A stretch of 64,000 nucleotides of DNA from the human T2T-CHM13v2.0 reference genome, Homo sapiens. The position numbers and the translations under genes were made by a program. The DNA is taken from NCBI RefSeq assembly GCF_009914755.1, contig NC_060926.1; one strand, 5' to 3'. Shown here in pieces: positions 1 to 15,063 of the stretch. Position 1 is the stretch's first letter, and every line of letters starts with the position of its first letter. The notes beneath the pieces are model-generated. The model was not told the DNA's origin, searched no databases, and was given only the letters and a program-made list of their open reading frames with translations.

Positions 1-617
1 ATTAAGAATACAGAGCCTTGTTGTTCCCATAGACGTTTGAATGATTCATTTCTAGAGATGGGCAATACGGGGAGTTCTGTGACGTTGTTCTTTTTGACAA
101 GTAAAATACTTCCCCACAAAAAATAGAAGGAATATTTCCAGAGGACAATGAAAGAAGCCTAGTAAATGTACTTGGAGTTTCTTAGAAGCATTCATTCTTC
201 TCACATGGGAGCACGGTTTGCTCTCAAAAACATATTACCCCACTGCCAGCCATTTTCTTGCCAAAGTCAACTCATGTACTTTCTAGCTCTTTCAATACAC
301 TGCAGCTGTTATATCCTGAGCACCATGGACTTCCTTCTTCCTTTCTGCTATTACAAGGAAGTCATTCACCTCTCTTTTTCTTTTTTTCTCTCTCCGTCTT
401 TTTTTTCTCTCTCCCTCGCATTCTGTTTCTCTCTTTCTCTCTGAAGAAACATTTTCCTCCCAATCTGTACTTAGGATGTGGACACCCTTACTTTTTCCTT
501 ATCAGCTCTGGCTTGAGCTCATTGTTCAACCTATTGCTTCTATTATACGGGGGCCTAGTATGAAACCCAAGCATGGACAAGAAATGGCTGGGTTTCAAAA
601 CAATAATCAAATCACTA

Positions 618-980
<363 letters not shown>

Positions 981-1354
981 TCACTGTTTACTTTGGTTTT
1001 GTTTCAGACAACTTATAATTTTTAGATATAGCTGTTAGTAAAATTTGCTTAGAATTTATCTATATGTAGGATGACTCTTCACCATGTGTGAGTGCTGTTG
1101 TCTCTCTCTTAAATACTATCCTTTTGTTTTTTCCACTGCTTTTGCCTCACATTAGGTAGCTTCTCCAAGTAATTAGGAAATTAGTATGTCTTCTTAACAT
1201 TAGATCTAAAAACTCTTCTAGTCATCTAGATGGAGGTTACCAGCATAAAAAGCATATACATTATTTTCTGATTCTTACATTAAAAAAATCTACTCTTAAA
1301 TTCCTTTTTGAAGAGATATTAATAAACATGCACACAAAGTAATTATGTAGATCC

Positions 1355-1810
<456 letters not shown>

Positions 1811-4427
1811 CCCTCCTATGGAGAAATTCCTTGTGCTTCTTCTCAAAGTGTTACTCACGTAAAGAGCAGCTAAAACAAACACTGTTGACAGACAGTAAGT
1901 GTAGAATGACAGAGTAAGGGAGGGAGGTGACAGATAAATAGATGACTGTTAGATAACAAATCAATACATAGACATCTAATAGAATTATATGAAGGACCTT
2001 AAGTAATAACAGTTTTAAAAATTGTCTTTAAAATTAATGTTTTTAAAGCATGGCATACACAGTATAATATTTGAAAGGGAAAAAAATATGTATGTCACAA
2101 ATTAAACTGTCCCTTCATTCCAGACATACACTCCCACCTTGAAGAATCAACCATATTTAAGTGTCTATAGGATATGACAACTTATAGTAAAACTGAGACC
2201 ATAGGAAATTAAAGAAAATGTTGACTATGGTGCACAGACCAAAGCTGAATTATTTGAGGCCAAATTTTTAGTTTGTTTGTTGGTATTCATTTGAAAGAAG
2301 CACACATGCACTCATATACCTAAGGCTGCTTTCTGAAATCAAATACATTTCCTGCCTTCTTCTTTCCTCAGTACTCTTACCACCAGCCTATTTATAGCCC
2401 AGGAAAGGAAAAAGCTCCACTGGAGGCAGGAAAACTAAGTTCGGAAAGAATAGGAGGAAGTCTGCCTGCCATTTAGCCAAACAACCTTTAATTCATTGAG
2501 CTCAAAGCTTAGCAGCTTCAATGTTGTTGTTAGGCATAAACAGCTTGCAAATTTCAATTTTTTTTCTCTCCTCACTTTTGAACTAGATTTGGGCAATGGA
2601 GGTGATGACAGCATTTTAGAAGACAGAACAGGAATTCTAGGTGTTTAGGCACGTTGAAGAGAAACTTGCTAGAGGTGATGAAGTGGAAAGAAAAAGACAA
2701 TTCACTATAGGGATCAACATTATTGCAGTTCTGCAAAGGTAAGTGTCATTTAAAAATCTGTCTGTTGTTGCGTCTTAATGCACTTCATGAACTATGGATA
2801 TTAGCCACAGACAATGGATATGATTTGAGGTCCGATCCTCATGTAACTTTTCAATATGCTTTGCTCATATCTCTGAAGAAATGTAGAAATCAACCTTGGT
2901 TATGACATCTTCAGGTTTTTACAATAAATATTTTAAAAAGTTGTTTCTTGACAATAACTTTACAAACTTTCTTCAGTTTCATTATTATCAGGGGTTTAGA
3001 TAGTATAAATAATTTCATTGATGATCACCTTTAAAAATATATTTTTGATATTTGTCTGCTTGTCTGCCCTTTTCAAATTGCTGATTAATAATCCACCTAT
3101 AATTTATTTGATGAATAATAGTTTAGAATACTTTTAATAAATAGGCCTTCAAGCAGAAATGGACAATTGTATAAAAGTTATATATAAAATTTAAATTTTG
3201 TATAAAATTAAGCAAAGATAACAAATTTTAATACAGGTTTTTTGTCTTGAACATTCATTTTTCAGAAAATGGAGAATCTTCTAGAACCACAAAAAACAGC
3301 ACTGAATAGTTTCCAGTGATAGAAAGTGTTCATAGTAGTTATGTAGATTTAAATTATTATTTCCAAACATTCGTTCATTATGTTTTGAGTACCTTGAAAA
3401 ATGTCACTGGGTTTGGAAATGGTAAGGTTGAAAGGAAATGGATTAAATCCAAGAACAGTTGATGTTGCCCACAAAAACTTGGAAAGCTACTAGGGACATT
3501 CCAAATTCTTTTAACATTCTTTGCCATTAAACAAGCACATTTGTTTAAATGATGCACCATATTTGCATCCGCTGCTGATAATAACCACATTTGTGTCTTG
3601 GAGTAACTTGATTAATGTTACCACAATGACTAACAGAGGAATACGGTTCTGGTGGATTATTGAAAAGGAAGAGCAGAAGGAAATGTGTGGCTGTTATTTC
3701 TTTTGCCCTATCCCTGTTTGAGATTGGGATGTTTAGAATCTGTCCCAAGAAGATAGCAAAGCTGGAAGCCAGAAAAGCAGAACCAGCTAGAACCGGCACA
3801 GGAGGCCAGGACTCGGCTCAGGCTCAGTGTGGATCCCACTGGCCGTCTTCTTTCCTGGGAGAATTTAAGGGTTATTTTTTACTGATTAGAAAATTATAAT
3901 TCCATGGAAACTGTTAGAAAGTATAATATGTTTGAATAGAAAGATCATGATTTCTTAGCTGAACTTAAGTGGTTAAAAAAAAAAAGAGAGGGAAATGAAA
4001 TTAATCTGAATAAATATGATAGATCTGAAGAAACAAACAAACAAACCCTCAGCATTTATTTTCAGGACATTCCAGTGCTGCAAAGTCAGTTCTGAGTCCA
4101 CTTTAGATCTTCCACAGAGTGGAATCTAAGGTGACTTAATTAATTGCCACGCCACATGGCTCTAATTACAGCAATGTTGCTTACAGCAATTCTGATTTCT
4201 GATCATGTTGAACTCATTTCCCTTAGAGTTTCAAAACAACGTTCACATTTGACACATTCACATGTTTACATTATGAGAATGAAAATGTTTTAACTGTATG
4301 TAAGGTTTAAGAAAGATAAAATTATGAGTTAGATGTATTATTTCAAGAATATATTTTTTCACTTGTAAAAGGCTCATTGCTGGTCATTGGTTTCCAGATG
4401 ACCATAGATTTATAAATGTATTCATGG

Positions 4428-4764
<337 letters not shown>

Positions 4765-5439
4765 TTAGAAATTGCTTAATAGTTCTACGGTAGTTCTACA
4801 GATTGTTTTATGTATCTACAAGTTGCTGAGAACATTTTAAGTTAGAGTTAGCTAATTTTGAAAAAAATTATCAATTTTTTAGCTTTTTAATTAATTACAT
4901 AGAAATGTATTGCCTTATTTCCAGAGTAACTCCTACAATCACCATGTGTTTACAGTTTACATAATAATAGAGCCAACCCTGGCCTTCACATTTAAATACA
5001 AGTAAAATCAGGTTACTGAAGAGACCATATGAAGCAGCAAGAAATTTAGATGTCACCAAATACAATGTACAACTTGGGGGATGTGTTGAAGAGGGATGTG
5101 GGAGAAGCATGCCAAGGTCTTCTTCTTCAGACTGGAAACTACACCCACCTGCCATCTGGCCTGACGCTGGGTGGGGTAGAGGGGTATTGCACGATGATTC
5201 TTGTGTATTTACAGGCACCTTAAATTCAGACAATTGGCTTTTGGAGACTTTTCTCCTACTGTCTCATCCTGTATTACAGGTCTACAAGCAGCACCACACC
5301 ATGAACACCTATTTATTAAGTTTTCTAACTTACAATATAATCTCTATCCTTGAAAAACTCAATGTTAAGTTGAAAAAAGGGAAGTATACAGGACACAAAG
5401 CATCCTGTATGTGGAGCCAAATTAATGACGTAGATAATG

Positions 5440-6310
5440 AGTGCCACCTAAGGAAGACCTGATCCAGACGGGCTTCATGGAGGCCTGAGGCTGAGTTGGG
5501 TCTTGGTAAGCGGGAGGAGAGCTGATGGATGAGGGAGATGAGGACATCTATGATAAGAATGGAGCTGTGAGCATGAGCAGAGACAGGAATGGCCTTCCTG
5601 CGCCCAAGGAATAGGGCTGTCAGATGAAATACAGGATGCCCAGTTCAATGTGAATTTCAGATAAACAACAAACACTTTTTTAGTCTAAGTGTGCCCTACT
5701 GCATGACTGTGTATGAGACTTAGTGCATGGGACCTACTTATACGAAAATAGTATTTGCTGTTTATCAGAAACTCACACTTAGCTGGGGGCCCTGTATTCT
5801 GATTTCCCAAATCTGGCAACTCTTCAAGGGAACTGAGAGTCAGCCAGCTTGACAGCAGCAGAGGGAATGAGCCTATGGAGCAGGAAAGAAGTGCCTGGAG
5901 GAGGCTGGGTTCAGAAGGTGGTGGGACTTTAATGGTGAACTAAGGAGTCAAGAATTTAAAGACACCTGGGGCCGATGAGAAGTTCTGAAAAGGGAAATGG
6001 CGTGCATAAGATCTGCCGGTTGGAGGCAGAACTTGCTGGGGGAGAGATCAGGGCGCCGAGGCCTGGGTTCTGATGAAGACAGAGAGAAAGAAGCCCAATG
6101 GAGACACAACTGAGAACAAACTGACGCGTTTTGCAAACTAATTGGGTATGGTTATAGGAGGAGAGAATGTGTTCAAGAGGATGTTATGTTTTATGGCTCC
6201 ATTCAAAGAAATGGCCAAAGAGACAGCAGCAGGTCAGGGAGTTAGTGAGAGGGATGGGGATTTTGGTTTCAAACACAGGAAATTTGAGGGAATGATGGAA
6301 TAGTCAGATA
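5440..6310 (-). mobile_element. Degenerate L2 fragments flanking MER53
   Basis: Purine-rich sequence resembling the antisense L2 3' region; boundaries approximate. Confidence 0.45.
5612..5824. mobile_element. MER53 palindromic hAT MITE
   Basis: TIRs tagggctgtcagat / atctggcaactct; internal arms match the MER53 consensus; imperfect 8-bp TSD ccaaggaa / caagggaa. Confidence 0.88.
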
Positions 6311-6374
6311 GAAATAGTAAGCGAACAGCTGAGAATGGAAAACAGCTTAGGAGGGAGGTGAGAACTGGAAATAA

Positions 6375-6592
6375 AAACGACAACATTTATTAAGCACTTA
6401 CTCGATGTCAAGCCTTTTATCTCCATTATCTCCTTCTGCCTCTGCAACCATCTATCGGCAGGTTCCATTGCCAGCCACATTTTGTAGTTGAGAAAAGTGA
6501 GGTCAGAGAGATTAAGTAACATGTCCATGATCACATCATTAATGAGAGGCAGATGGAAAATGGAACCACCATGTGTAGGGGCCAAAGCCCTC
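6375..6592 (-). mobile_element. MIR
   Basis: acatttattaagcacttact...cattttgtagttgagaaaagtgaggtcagagagattaagtaacatgtcc is the MIR core in antisense. Confidence 0.8.
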
Positions 6593-6934
6593 ACAACTGA
6601 GACTCATATACAGAATGTTGAGCCTCTGGCTCTAGATTCACTTTCTCCATCTGCAAAGAGCTAAGGGCGCCAGTTGCTCATGCTAGAACCCAGTTTTTAG
6701 CCAGGTTCCAGGTCTTCTATTGTTCGTAACTTTGATGGCCCTCGTAGAATTCTGCATCTTTTGGTTACTCTCTCTGAGAAAATGGAAATCATTTATACCC
6801 AGAGGTTTTCCTTATTTATTAACCTCCAGAATCGTTTTTCCCCTTAGTGGCTCATTTTAAATTTTCCCTTGGTCATCTGGTGAAATAAAGATTATGATGA
6901 AGAATCTATAATCTCATATAGTTACTTTTTTTGT

Positions 6935-7500
6935 ATGACATGTGTGGCTAAAACATACTTATTTTACAAAAATCCCGAATACAATACAATTTTATTAAAT
7001 TTCATCTTGAGGTTGGACATTAGATCTCCAAACTTGTTTTTTTTTCTTTCTTCTTCAAGACAAGGTCCCCCTCTATCACCCAGGCTGGAATGCAGTGGCA
7101 CAAGCTCGGCTTGCTGCAGCCTCCACCTCCAGGGCTCAAGTGATCCTTGTGCCTCGGCCTCCCAAATAGCTAGGACTGCAGGAACACGCCACTGCACCCA
7201 CTAATTTTTGTATTTTTTAGTAGAAACAGGGTTTCACCATGTTGCCAAGTTGGTCTTGAACTCCTGACCTCAAATGATCCTCCTGCCTCGGCCTCCTGAA
7301 GTGCTGCGATTACAGGCGTGAGCCACGGCACCCAGCCTCCAAACTTGTTCTTTAGTGTCTGCTATTTTGTATCCTTTGACCTATATGTCCCCATTTCCCT
7401 TTCCCCCCTCCTCCCACCCTTAGTGGCCACTGTTTCATTCTGTATCTCTGTGTTTTAGGGTTTAAAAAATATTCCACATATAAATTAGATCGTGCAATTT
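6935..7500 (-). mobile_element. L1MA 3' end fragment interrupted by an Alu
   Basis: tacaatacaatt...tagatctccaaacttgtt...ttgtatcctttgacc...ttccacatataa resembles the antisense L1MA 3'UTR. Confidence 0.7.
7037..7337 (-). mobile_element. Alu (AluJ-like)
   Basis: Diverged antisense Alu; TSD tccaaacttgtt. Confidence 0.95.
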
Positions 7501-7562
7501 TTAGAAAAAGGTTATGCTGAAGAGAAAAGACCAAGGGTGTCAACCTCCTCTCCTTGTCCCTG

Positions 7563-7578
7563 GCTGCTCTCTAGTGGC
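7563..7578 (-). promoter_or_regulatory. Candidate CTCF site
   Basis: Reverse complement GCCACTAGAGAGCAGC has one mismatch to the core CCASYAGRKGGCRS; motif match only. Confidence 0.4.
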
Positions 7579-8009
7579 AATACCAGAAAACAACGCTCAG
7601 CCCAGAGACAGCAGAGCCAGGCACTAGAAGCAAGCTCTTTAGGAATCTCTAAATAGCAAATTCAAGAAGGCTAGTTGTGCTAGGAAATTCTGGAAGAAGA
7701 CTCCATGGAATTACATACACCCTTACAGCTTGTTGGCCTGAAAGGCATTTTGAATAGAACAGTTTTAGATTTATCTTAAACTTTCTAATCATTAAAAATA
7801 CTTCACCTGTTTACCATTTTAGGCAGGCACATATGTTTGGCTACTAAACTTTCAATGCACATACGTGCCTTTTTATTAAGATTTCCTAGATCTTTGATTC
7901 TAAATATTTACTTCAAAATACACAATATATTTTTTAGTAAAAAGCAAAAAGTCTATCTTTTAGGGATCTATTCTTAAAAACATCATAAATTGAGACAATA
8001 ATGCGTGTG

Positions 8010-8600
<591 letters not shown>

Positions 8601-9760
8601 GAACAAAACCCAGTATGTTTTCAAAATGTACAGAGCTAAGTCTCTGTTCTGATTTCTTGCTGTCATGGCTGACAATATGTTCATGCTAATTCATTGCCAT
8701 TGACGGCCTCTCCTCCAAGTAAAGGGCTATATCCTGTTTGTGACAGCATAATCCATTGTAATGGAAAAGATTATGATGCACTGGCCTGTTCTATGACTTC
8801 ACTGCATTCATCAGCAGCAGGAAACAAAGACATGCACTTTTTTCATAATTGTTTTAGTAATAATTGACAATTGGAGGAAATGAATGGCAGAAAACAATTA
8901 TGGGCAGACAAGATGGTCAGCAAATCAAACTGGGAAATGCAGGGGAGCCCGTCTCAGCTTTATTCATGTAGCGATTTCAGAACATTACAAAGATATTATT
9001 GTTTTGTTCTCCTACACAAATCACTATTGTTTTTTTTTTTTTCTTTTTTACCAGCAGTTACACAATTCTTTGCTGGCAGCAATGACTTCCAATGTGTTTT
9101 TAATTCAGTAATCCGGTAATCCCACAACAGGGATTTGCTGCTGAACTTTTTATGTTTATTAATATTCAGGGTCAGTGTGAACGCCTCCCTGTGCACATAG
9201 CTAGTAAAATGCACAGCGATATTGCTGTGACTTTTCTTGCCTCTGAATAACTCCCTGTTGCCCAGACATAGAATCTTAAAAGTGTTTCTTTCTATTACAT
9301 TTATAAATAGCAAATTCATGTTTCTATTTTTTAAATTGTCCCTAGTCTTCATTTTAATAGCAATGGGCAGGAGAATAAAACAACAAAAACTCAAAACAAG
9401 TGAATTAATGATTCAATATCTAGTTTCCATGCCATGAAATGGGCACATCCCTTAGATGAAAATGAGGGATGGGTTATCAATTAGGAAACAGTTAAGTAAG
9501 GCAGGTATTATGCTGTGGTAACATTTATTTATTTCTCTTAGCGGCCTGTGTTCATAGTTGTCTTGCTGGGTATTACTAGAATTCTTTGGATGGGGAAACT
9601 AAACATGTGTGGGCTGTTACATCACTCCAAGTCATACTCTTCTCTGGTTAGCCTGATATGGAGTAAAATTCGGCAGCAGCTCTGACTTCCAGTTTTAAAG
9701 ACTACTTACTGCTCTTACTATTTATTATGGAACACCCTACAGCACAGTCCTGTAGAAATA

Positions 9761-10040
9761 CATACCTGTAATCCCAACAATTTGGGTGGCAGAGGCTGGA
9801 AGATCACTTGAACCCAGGTGACCAGCCTGGGCAACATAGTGAGATCCTGTCTCTAAAAAAAAAAAAAAAAAAAAAAATAGCTGGGCATGGTGGTACGTGC
9901 TTATAGTCCTAGATATTCAGGAGGCTGAGTTGGCAACATTGTTTGAGCCCAGTTGTTCAAGTCTACAGTGAGCTATGATCACACCACTGCACTCCAGCCA
10001 GGGCAACAAAGTGAGATCCTGTCTCAAAAAAATTAAAAAA
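9761..10040 (+). mobile_element. Alu (AluJ), slightly 5'-truncated, long A linker
   Basis: Diverged dimer with J-type gagctatgatcacaccactgc. Confidence 0.93.
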
Positions 10041-10163
10041 ATAAAATATAAATAAAATGTGAGCCACTAATGTGACCTACATAGTTCATTTTACATTTCC
10101 TAGTGACCACATTTCAAAAAATAAAAAGAAACAGATAAAATGAATTTTAATATCATAGTTTAA

Positions 10164-10468
10164 GGAGTGGGGGATAGTGCCTTACACCTGTAATCCCAGT
10201 GTTTTGGGAGGCAAAGGTGGGAGGATTGCTTGAGGTCAGGATTTCAAGAACAGCCTGGGCAGCATGGCAAGACCCTGTCTCTACAAAAACAATTTTAAAC
10301 ATTAGCTGGGCATGGTGGTGCATGCCTGTAGTCCTAGCTACTCAGGGGACTGAGGTGAGAGGATTGCTTGAGCCCAGTATTTCGAGGATGCAGTGAACTA
10401 TGATTGCACCACTCACTGCACTCCAGCATGGGCAACAGCAAGACCCTTTCTAAAATAATAATAATAAT
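10164..10468 (+). mobile_element. Alu (AluJ)
   Basis: Diverged dimer with (AAT)n tail. Confidence 0.93.
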
Positions 10469-12289
10469 ATAGTTGATTTAACCAAATATATCCAAGATAA
10501 CATTTCAACATGCACCCAATATAAAAAACCACTAATAAAAACTTTATATTCCCTTTTTGTAATAAGTCTTTGAAACCCAGTGTGTATTTTATGCTTACTG
10601 CATGTCTCAACTCAGACTAGCCTCATTTCAAGTTGATAGCTTCAGGTGCCTAGTGGCTACTGTATAAGACAGTGCAAATCTAAACAGAAGAGCTACGGTG
10701 CCACCCACAGCTCATAAATAATGTGAAATTTAGACTATGAGATATTGCTACCTTTTCTGTACTCACAGTCATCTCCATTCTGAAACATTTGAGCTGAACA
10801 TTCTATATCAAGTAAGATTGAATAGTTGAATAGCAAGCCAAGGACTGGCAGTTTTGGAGATTTGGCTTATTAGAATGATTCAGCTCTTCACCTGGGCTGG
10901 GTAACTATGGATTCCTCAGTTGAGAATTAGGGCAATAGAAGTTTTTTTAATAAACATTATCCAAATTTGAAATCTGGATGATATGCTTGTAAAAGACTTT
11001 ATCATAATGTTTTGAAGTGAATTTTAGGTATAGGAATAGATTCAATTACACAGCCTAAAATCGAGTTCCAAAAACCATTATAGACATTATGCTCCTAATA
11101 GTGCCTACAACTTAGTACAAAGAAATAAATCTTTAGCAATGGAAACACACACAAGTGCACATGCACACACGCACATACTTCCAACATTGTGACCACTTGC
11201 TGATGTCTTTTCTGCATTTTGCATTGTCTTATTTGAAGGATAGGAAGTATGCTATAATAATCTTCTATAACTACTATGCCTTGGGGACTCTCATGCCAGT
11301 CAGCTGGTGTGATAAAGATAGCTTCTGTGTGCTAAATACGGAGATACAAAAATAGAACTGGTGGAAGTGGATAAAATCAGAAGACACTGTAGGTTCTTAT
11401 GGCCCCACCAATGGCAGAGACCTGGAAACATAGGTCTCTGAAATCCTGGCAATGAGTTGCAGCCAACTGGAATGATCACATTTTTGGTTCTTGTCTTATT
11501 CCATGAGGGTTTGGTTATGAAACTAGAGTTTAACCAGTCAGAAAATTCTGAAATCAAAATAAAAGTTAAAGACATATATAAATAATGACCATTCATTGCA
11601 TGATTTACAAATTGGTAATGGTCCAAAAGTTTGTTTTTAATAATTTTCTTGGCCCTCTGAATTCACTTTACATTTTCCCCATAGAAACAAAGTTATAAAT
11701 AGTGACTGCATACTGCACCTAAAATGCCACGTATCTACAACGAAATTATTACAATGTATTTATAATATATTATTTATTCTAAACATGTATGCATTTGAAA
11801 TTATTCAATGAAATCTAACTATTGATGTACTATTTCTACATTAATACATTATATCATATATTAATATGCTAATAATTATATCACATTAATATATTAATAA
11901 TATGTTAATTAACCAAACAGAAAAAGTATATACTGGATCAACAAAACCACCTTGAATTCAAAGCAACAAACACTAGTAAAGAATCCAGGAAGTGCCAGGT
12001 GCTATACTAGAGTCAGGGACAAGCGTAAGAGATAAATCATATTTATCTTGTTTCTTAATATTGGAGGAAAAGCAAATTTACCAACGAAAAATGAGGAAGT
12101 AAATGGAATTCTTTTTTTTAAAGGGGACTGCCTTATCTAAGTGACCCTTAGGTAGAGAGACCTTTTTTAGGCTTTTATGTCTAATTTTACTGTTAAACTT
12201 TGTGCTTGCCTTTTCCTGAAGGACAAAGTACGACTAGTTCTGCTGTTAATGTGTAGCCATTCTTTTTTGTTGGTTCCCAAATAGGGTAA

Positions 12290-12602
12290 TTTTGTTCGTT
12301 TGTTTGTTTGTTTTGTTTTTGAGACGGAGTCTCGCTCTGTCGCCCAGGCTGGAGTGCAGTGGTGCAATCTTTGGCTCACTGCAAGCTCCGCCCCTTGGGT
12401 TCACGTTTCTCCTGCCTCAACCTCCCTAGTAGCTGGGACTACAGGCACCCGCCACCACGCCGGGCTAATTTTTTTGTATTTTTAGTGGAGATGGGGTTTC
12501 ACCATGTTAGCCAGGATGGTCTCGATCTCCTGACCTCATGATCCACCCGCCTCGGCCTCCCAAAGTGCTGGGATTACAGGCGTGAGCCACCCACACCCGG
12601 CC
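12290..12602 (-). mobile_element. Alu (AluY/Sc8-like)
   Basis: gcaagctccgcc and ttagccaggatggtctcgatc diagnostics; TSD caaatagggtaatttt / caagtagggcaatttt. Confidence 0.96.
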
Positions 12603-13005
12603 CAAGTAGGGCAATTTTTTTTGGAAATTTTTTGGATTTTTTTTTTTTGGTTCCCAAATAGGGTGAGATTTCTGTGAAGTAACACTTGGCTAAGAAGTAG
12701 AAGAGAGGAAAGTGAAGAGAATGGTTAGAATTAAATATGCAGGCACATGAGAATTGTGCATGATTGTCCAGTTCTCCTTGGAGAAAGGGTGAGGAAGACT
12801 AGAGACTGAGCCTCAAGAAATGATCCTCAACAGCCTCTAGGGTGGGGAAAAGGAAGGGAGGGAATGTGTGCAATTTCACATTCAAATTGCACATACAAAT
12901 TTCCGAGTCAGTTAAAGAAAAATCTCTTGGTGAGTGCCATTAACTGTTGGATCCTGCAGAGACTACCATTAAAAAAATATATCAATAGAAAATGAGGAAG
13001 GACTG

Positions 13006-13268
13006 GGCCGGGTGCGGTGGCTCACTCCTGTAATCCCAGCACTTTGGGAGGCCGAGGCGGGTGCATTACGAGGTCAGGAGATGGAAACCATCCTGGCTAA
13101 CGCGGTGAAACCCCGTCTCTGCTAAAAATACAAAAAATTAGCCAGGTGTTGGTGGCGGGTGCCTGTAGTCACAGCTACTCGGGAGGCTGAGGCAGGAGAA
13201 TGGCGTGAACCTACACTCCAGCCTGGGTGACAGAGCGAGACTCCGTCTCAAAAAAAAAAAAAAAAAAA
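13006..13268 (+). mobile_element. AluY-like with ~38-bp right-arm deletion
   Basis: atggcgtgaacc is joined directly to tacactccagcc. Confidence 0.95.
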
Positions 13269-13483
13269 GAGGGGGAAGCAGTGACCAAGTCAGGCATGAA
13301 TGGGCCTTCAGGGAAGGTCAAGAAATCTGGGTTGAGTGGTCCCACTGGTTGATTTCACAAAACAGTGAGAATCAGGGACCTACAAATGAGTTGAGATTAT
13401 GTATGTAGCCCAAGGAACAGGAGGCTGGGCCAGGGGGACAGACTGTTCTGGAACACTCTCTTATTTCTTCTGCTGGGAACTAG

Positions 13484-13868
<385 letters not shown>

Positions 13869-14493
13869 CATGTCTGTGTTTTCTATCTGAAACTGTCTCC
13901 TCACCTTCTGGTCAATGAATGCATCCTTCTTCAATGTCTTCTCTCAATTTCTTTTGTTTCTAGGATATTTTCTTTTAAAACATCCATATCTCTTCTTTGC
14001 CATGGAAACTACACCCAATCTACCTGAACCTGCGGCACCCCTCTGATGACCCATTTGGATTCTCTGATTTCACTGCCAAGATTCTCAGTGAGTATTCCAT
14101 CACATACCACCTTTATTTTCTCAAGTCTCTTTCAGATTTTAAACACATAAAATCTGATCACATGTTTTCAACCCCACTGAAACTGTGATGTCAGAAACTT
14201 TGTAAATTATGAAGTGAACAACATTTTTGTTCTTCCTCATTTGATGATGAAGCTGTCACCAGTCTTGAGTGAATTTGCCCTCTTCAGAAATGCTATAACA
14301 TTTATATACTGTAATACTATATAAATACTTTCTTATATATTTAATCCCATGTCTGGTGGTGTTTCTTTAATTTATTCAACTACTATTTGCCTCTGTGGTT
14401 AATTTTCCAAGAGTTTCTTCTCTCAACAACCTAATTATAAATTCCTTCATGTCTAGGCCTTATTTTGTGCTTTAAAAAAAACTCTCTGTGGTA

Positions 14494-15063
14494 CACTAAT
14501 GTTCATAGCAGCATTATTTATAATAGCTGAAAGGCAGACACAACCAGACACAACCCACATGTCTATCAACAGATGAAGAGATAAACAAAATGTGGCATAG
14601 ACATGCAATGGGAAATTATTCAGCCATAAAAAGGAATGAAGTTCTCATATATGCTAAAATATGAATGTACCTTGAAAACATCATGCTAAGTGAAATAATC
14701 CAGACACAAAAGAACAAATATTATATGATTCCACTTATGTGAAATATCTACAATATGCAGATTCATAGAAACAGAAAGTAGATTAGAGGTGGCTGGGGGT
14801 GGGGGGAAAGGGAGAATAGAGAGTTATTTCTTAATAGTTGTAAAGTTTCTGTTTGGTGTGATAAAAAAGTTTTGCAAATAGTGGTGATGATTGCACAACA
14901 TTGTGAATGTAATTAATACCACTGAATAGTACACGTAAAAATGGTCAAAATAGCAAATTTATGTTATATATATTTATTACAATTTAAAAATTAACTATAT
15001 AATATAGCAAAACGCAGTGAATTGTATGGTATGTGAATTATGTTTCAATAAACCTATTTTAAA
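14494..15063 (+). mobile_element. L1MB 3' end
   Basis: aatgttcatagcagcattatt...ccttgaaaacatcatgctaagtgaaa...caataaa matches the L1MB ORF2 end and 3'UTR. Confidence 0.88.

Larger units (their letters stand above)
9740..10676 (+). mobile_element. MER33 hAT MITE interrupted by two AluJ
   Basis: cagcacagtcctgtagaaata...gtgagccac...gcctagtggctactgtataagacagtgca matches MER33 in three pieces. Confidence 0.82.
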
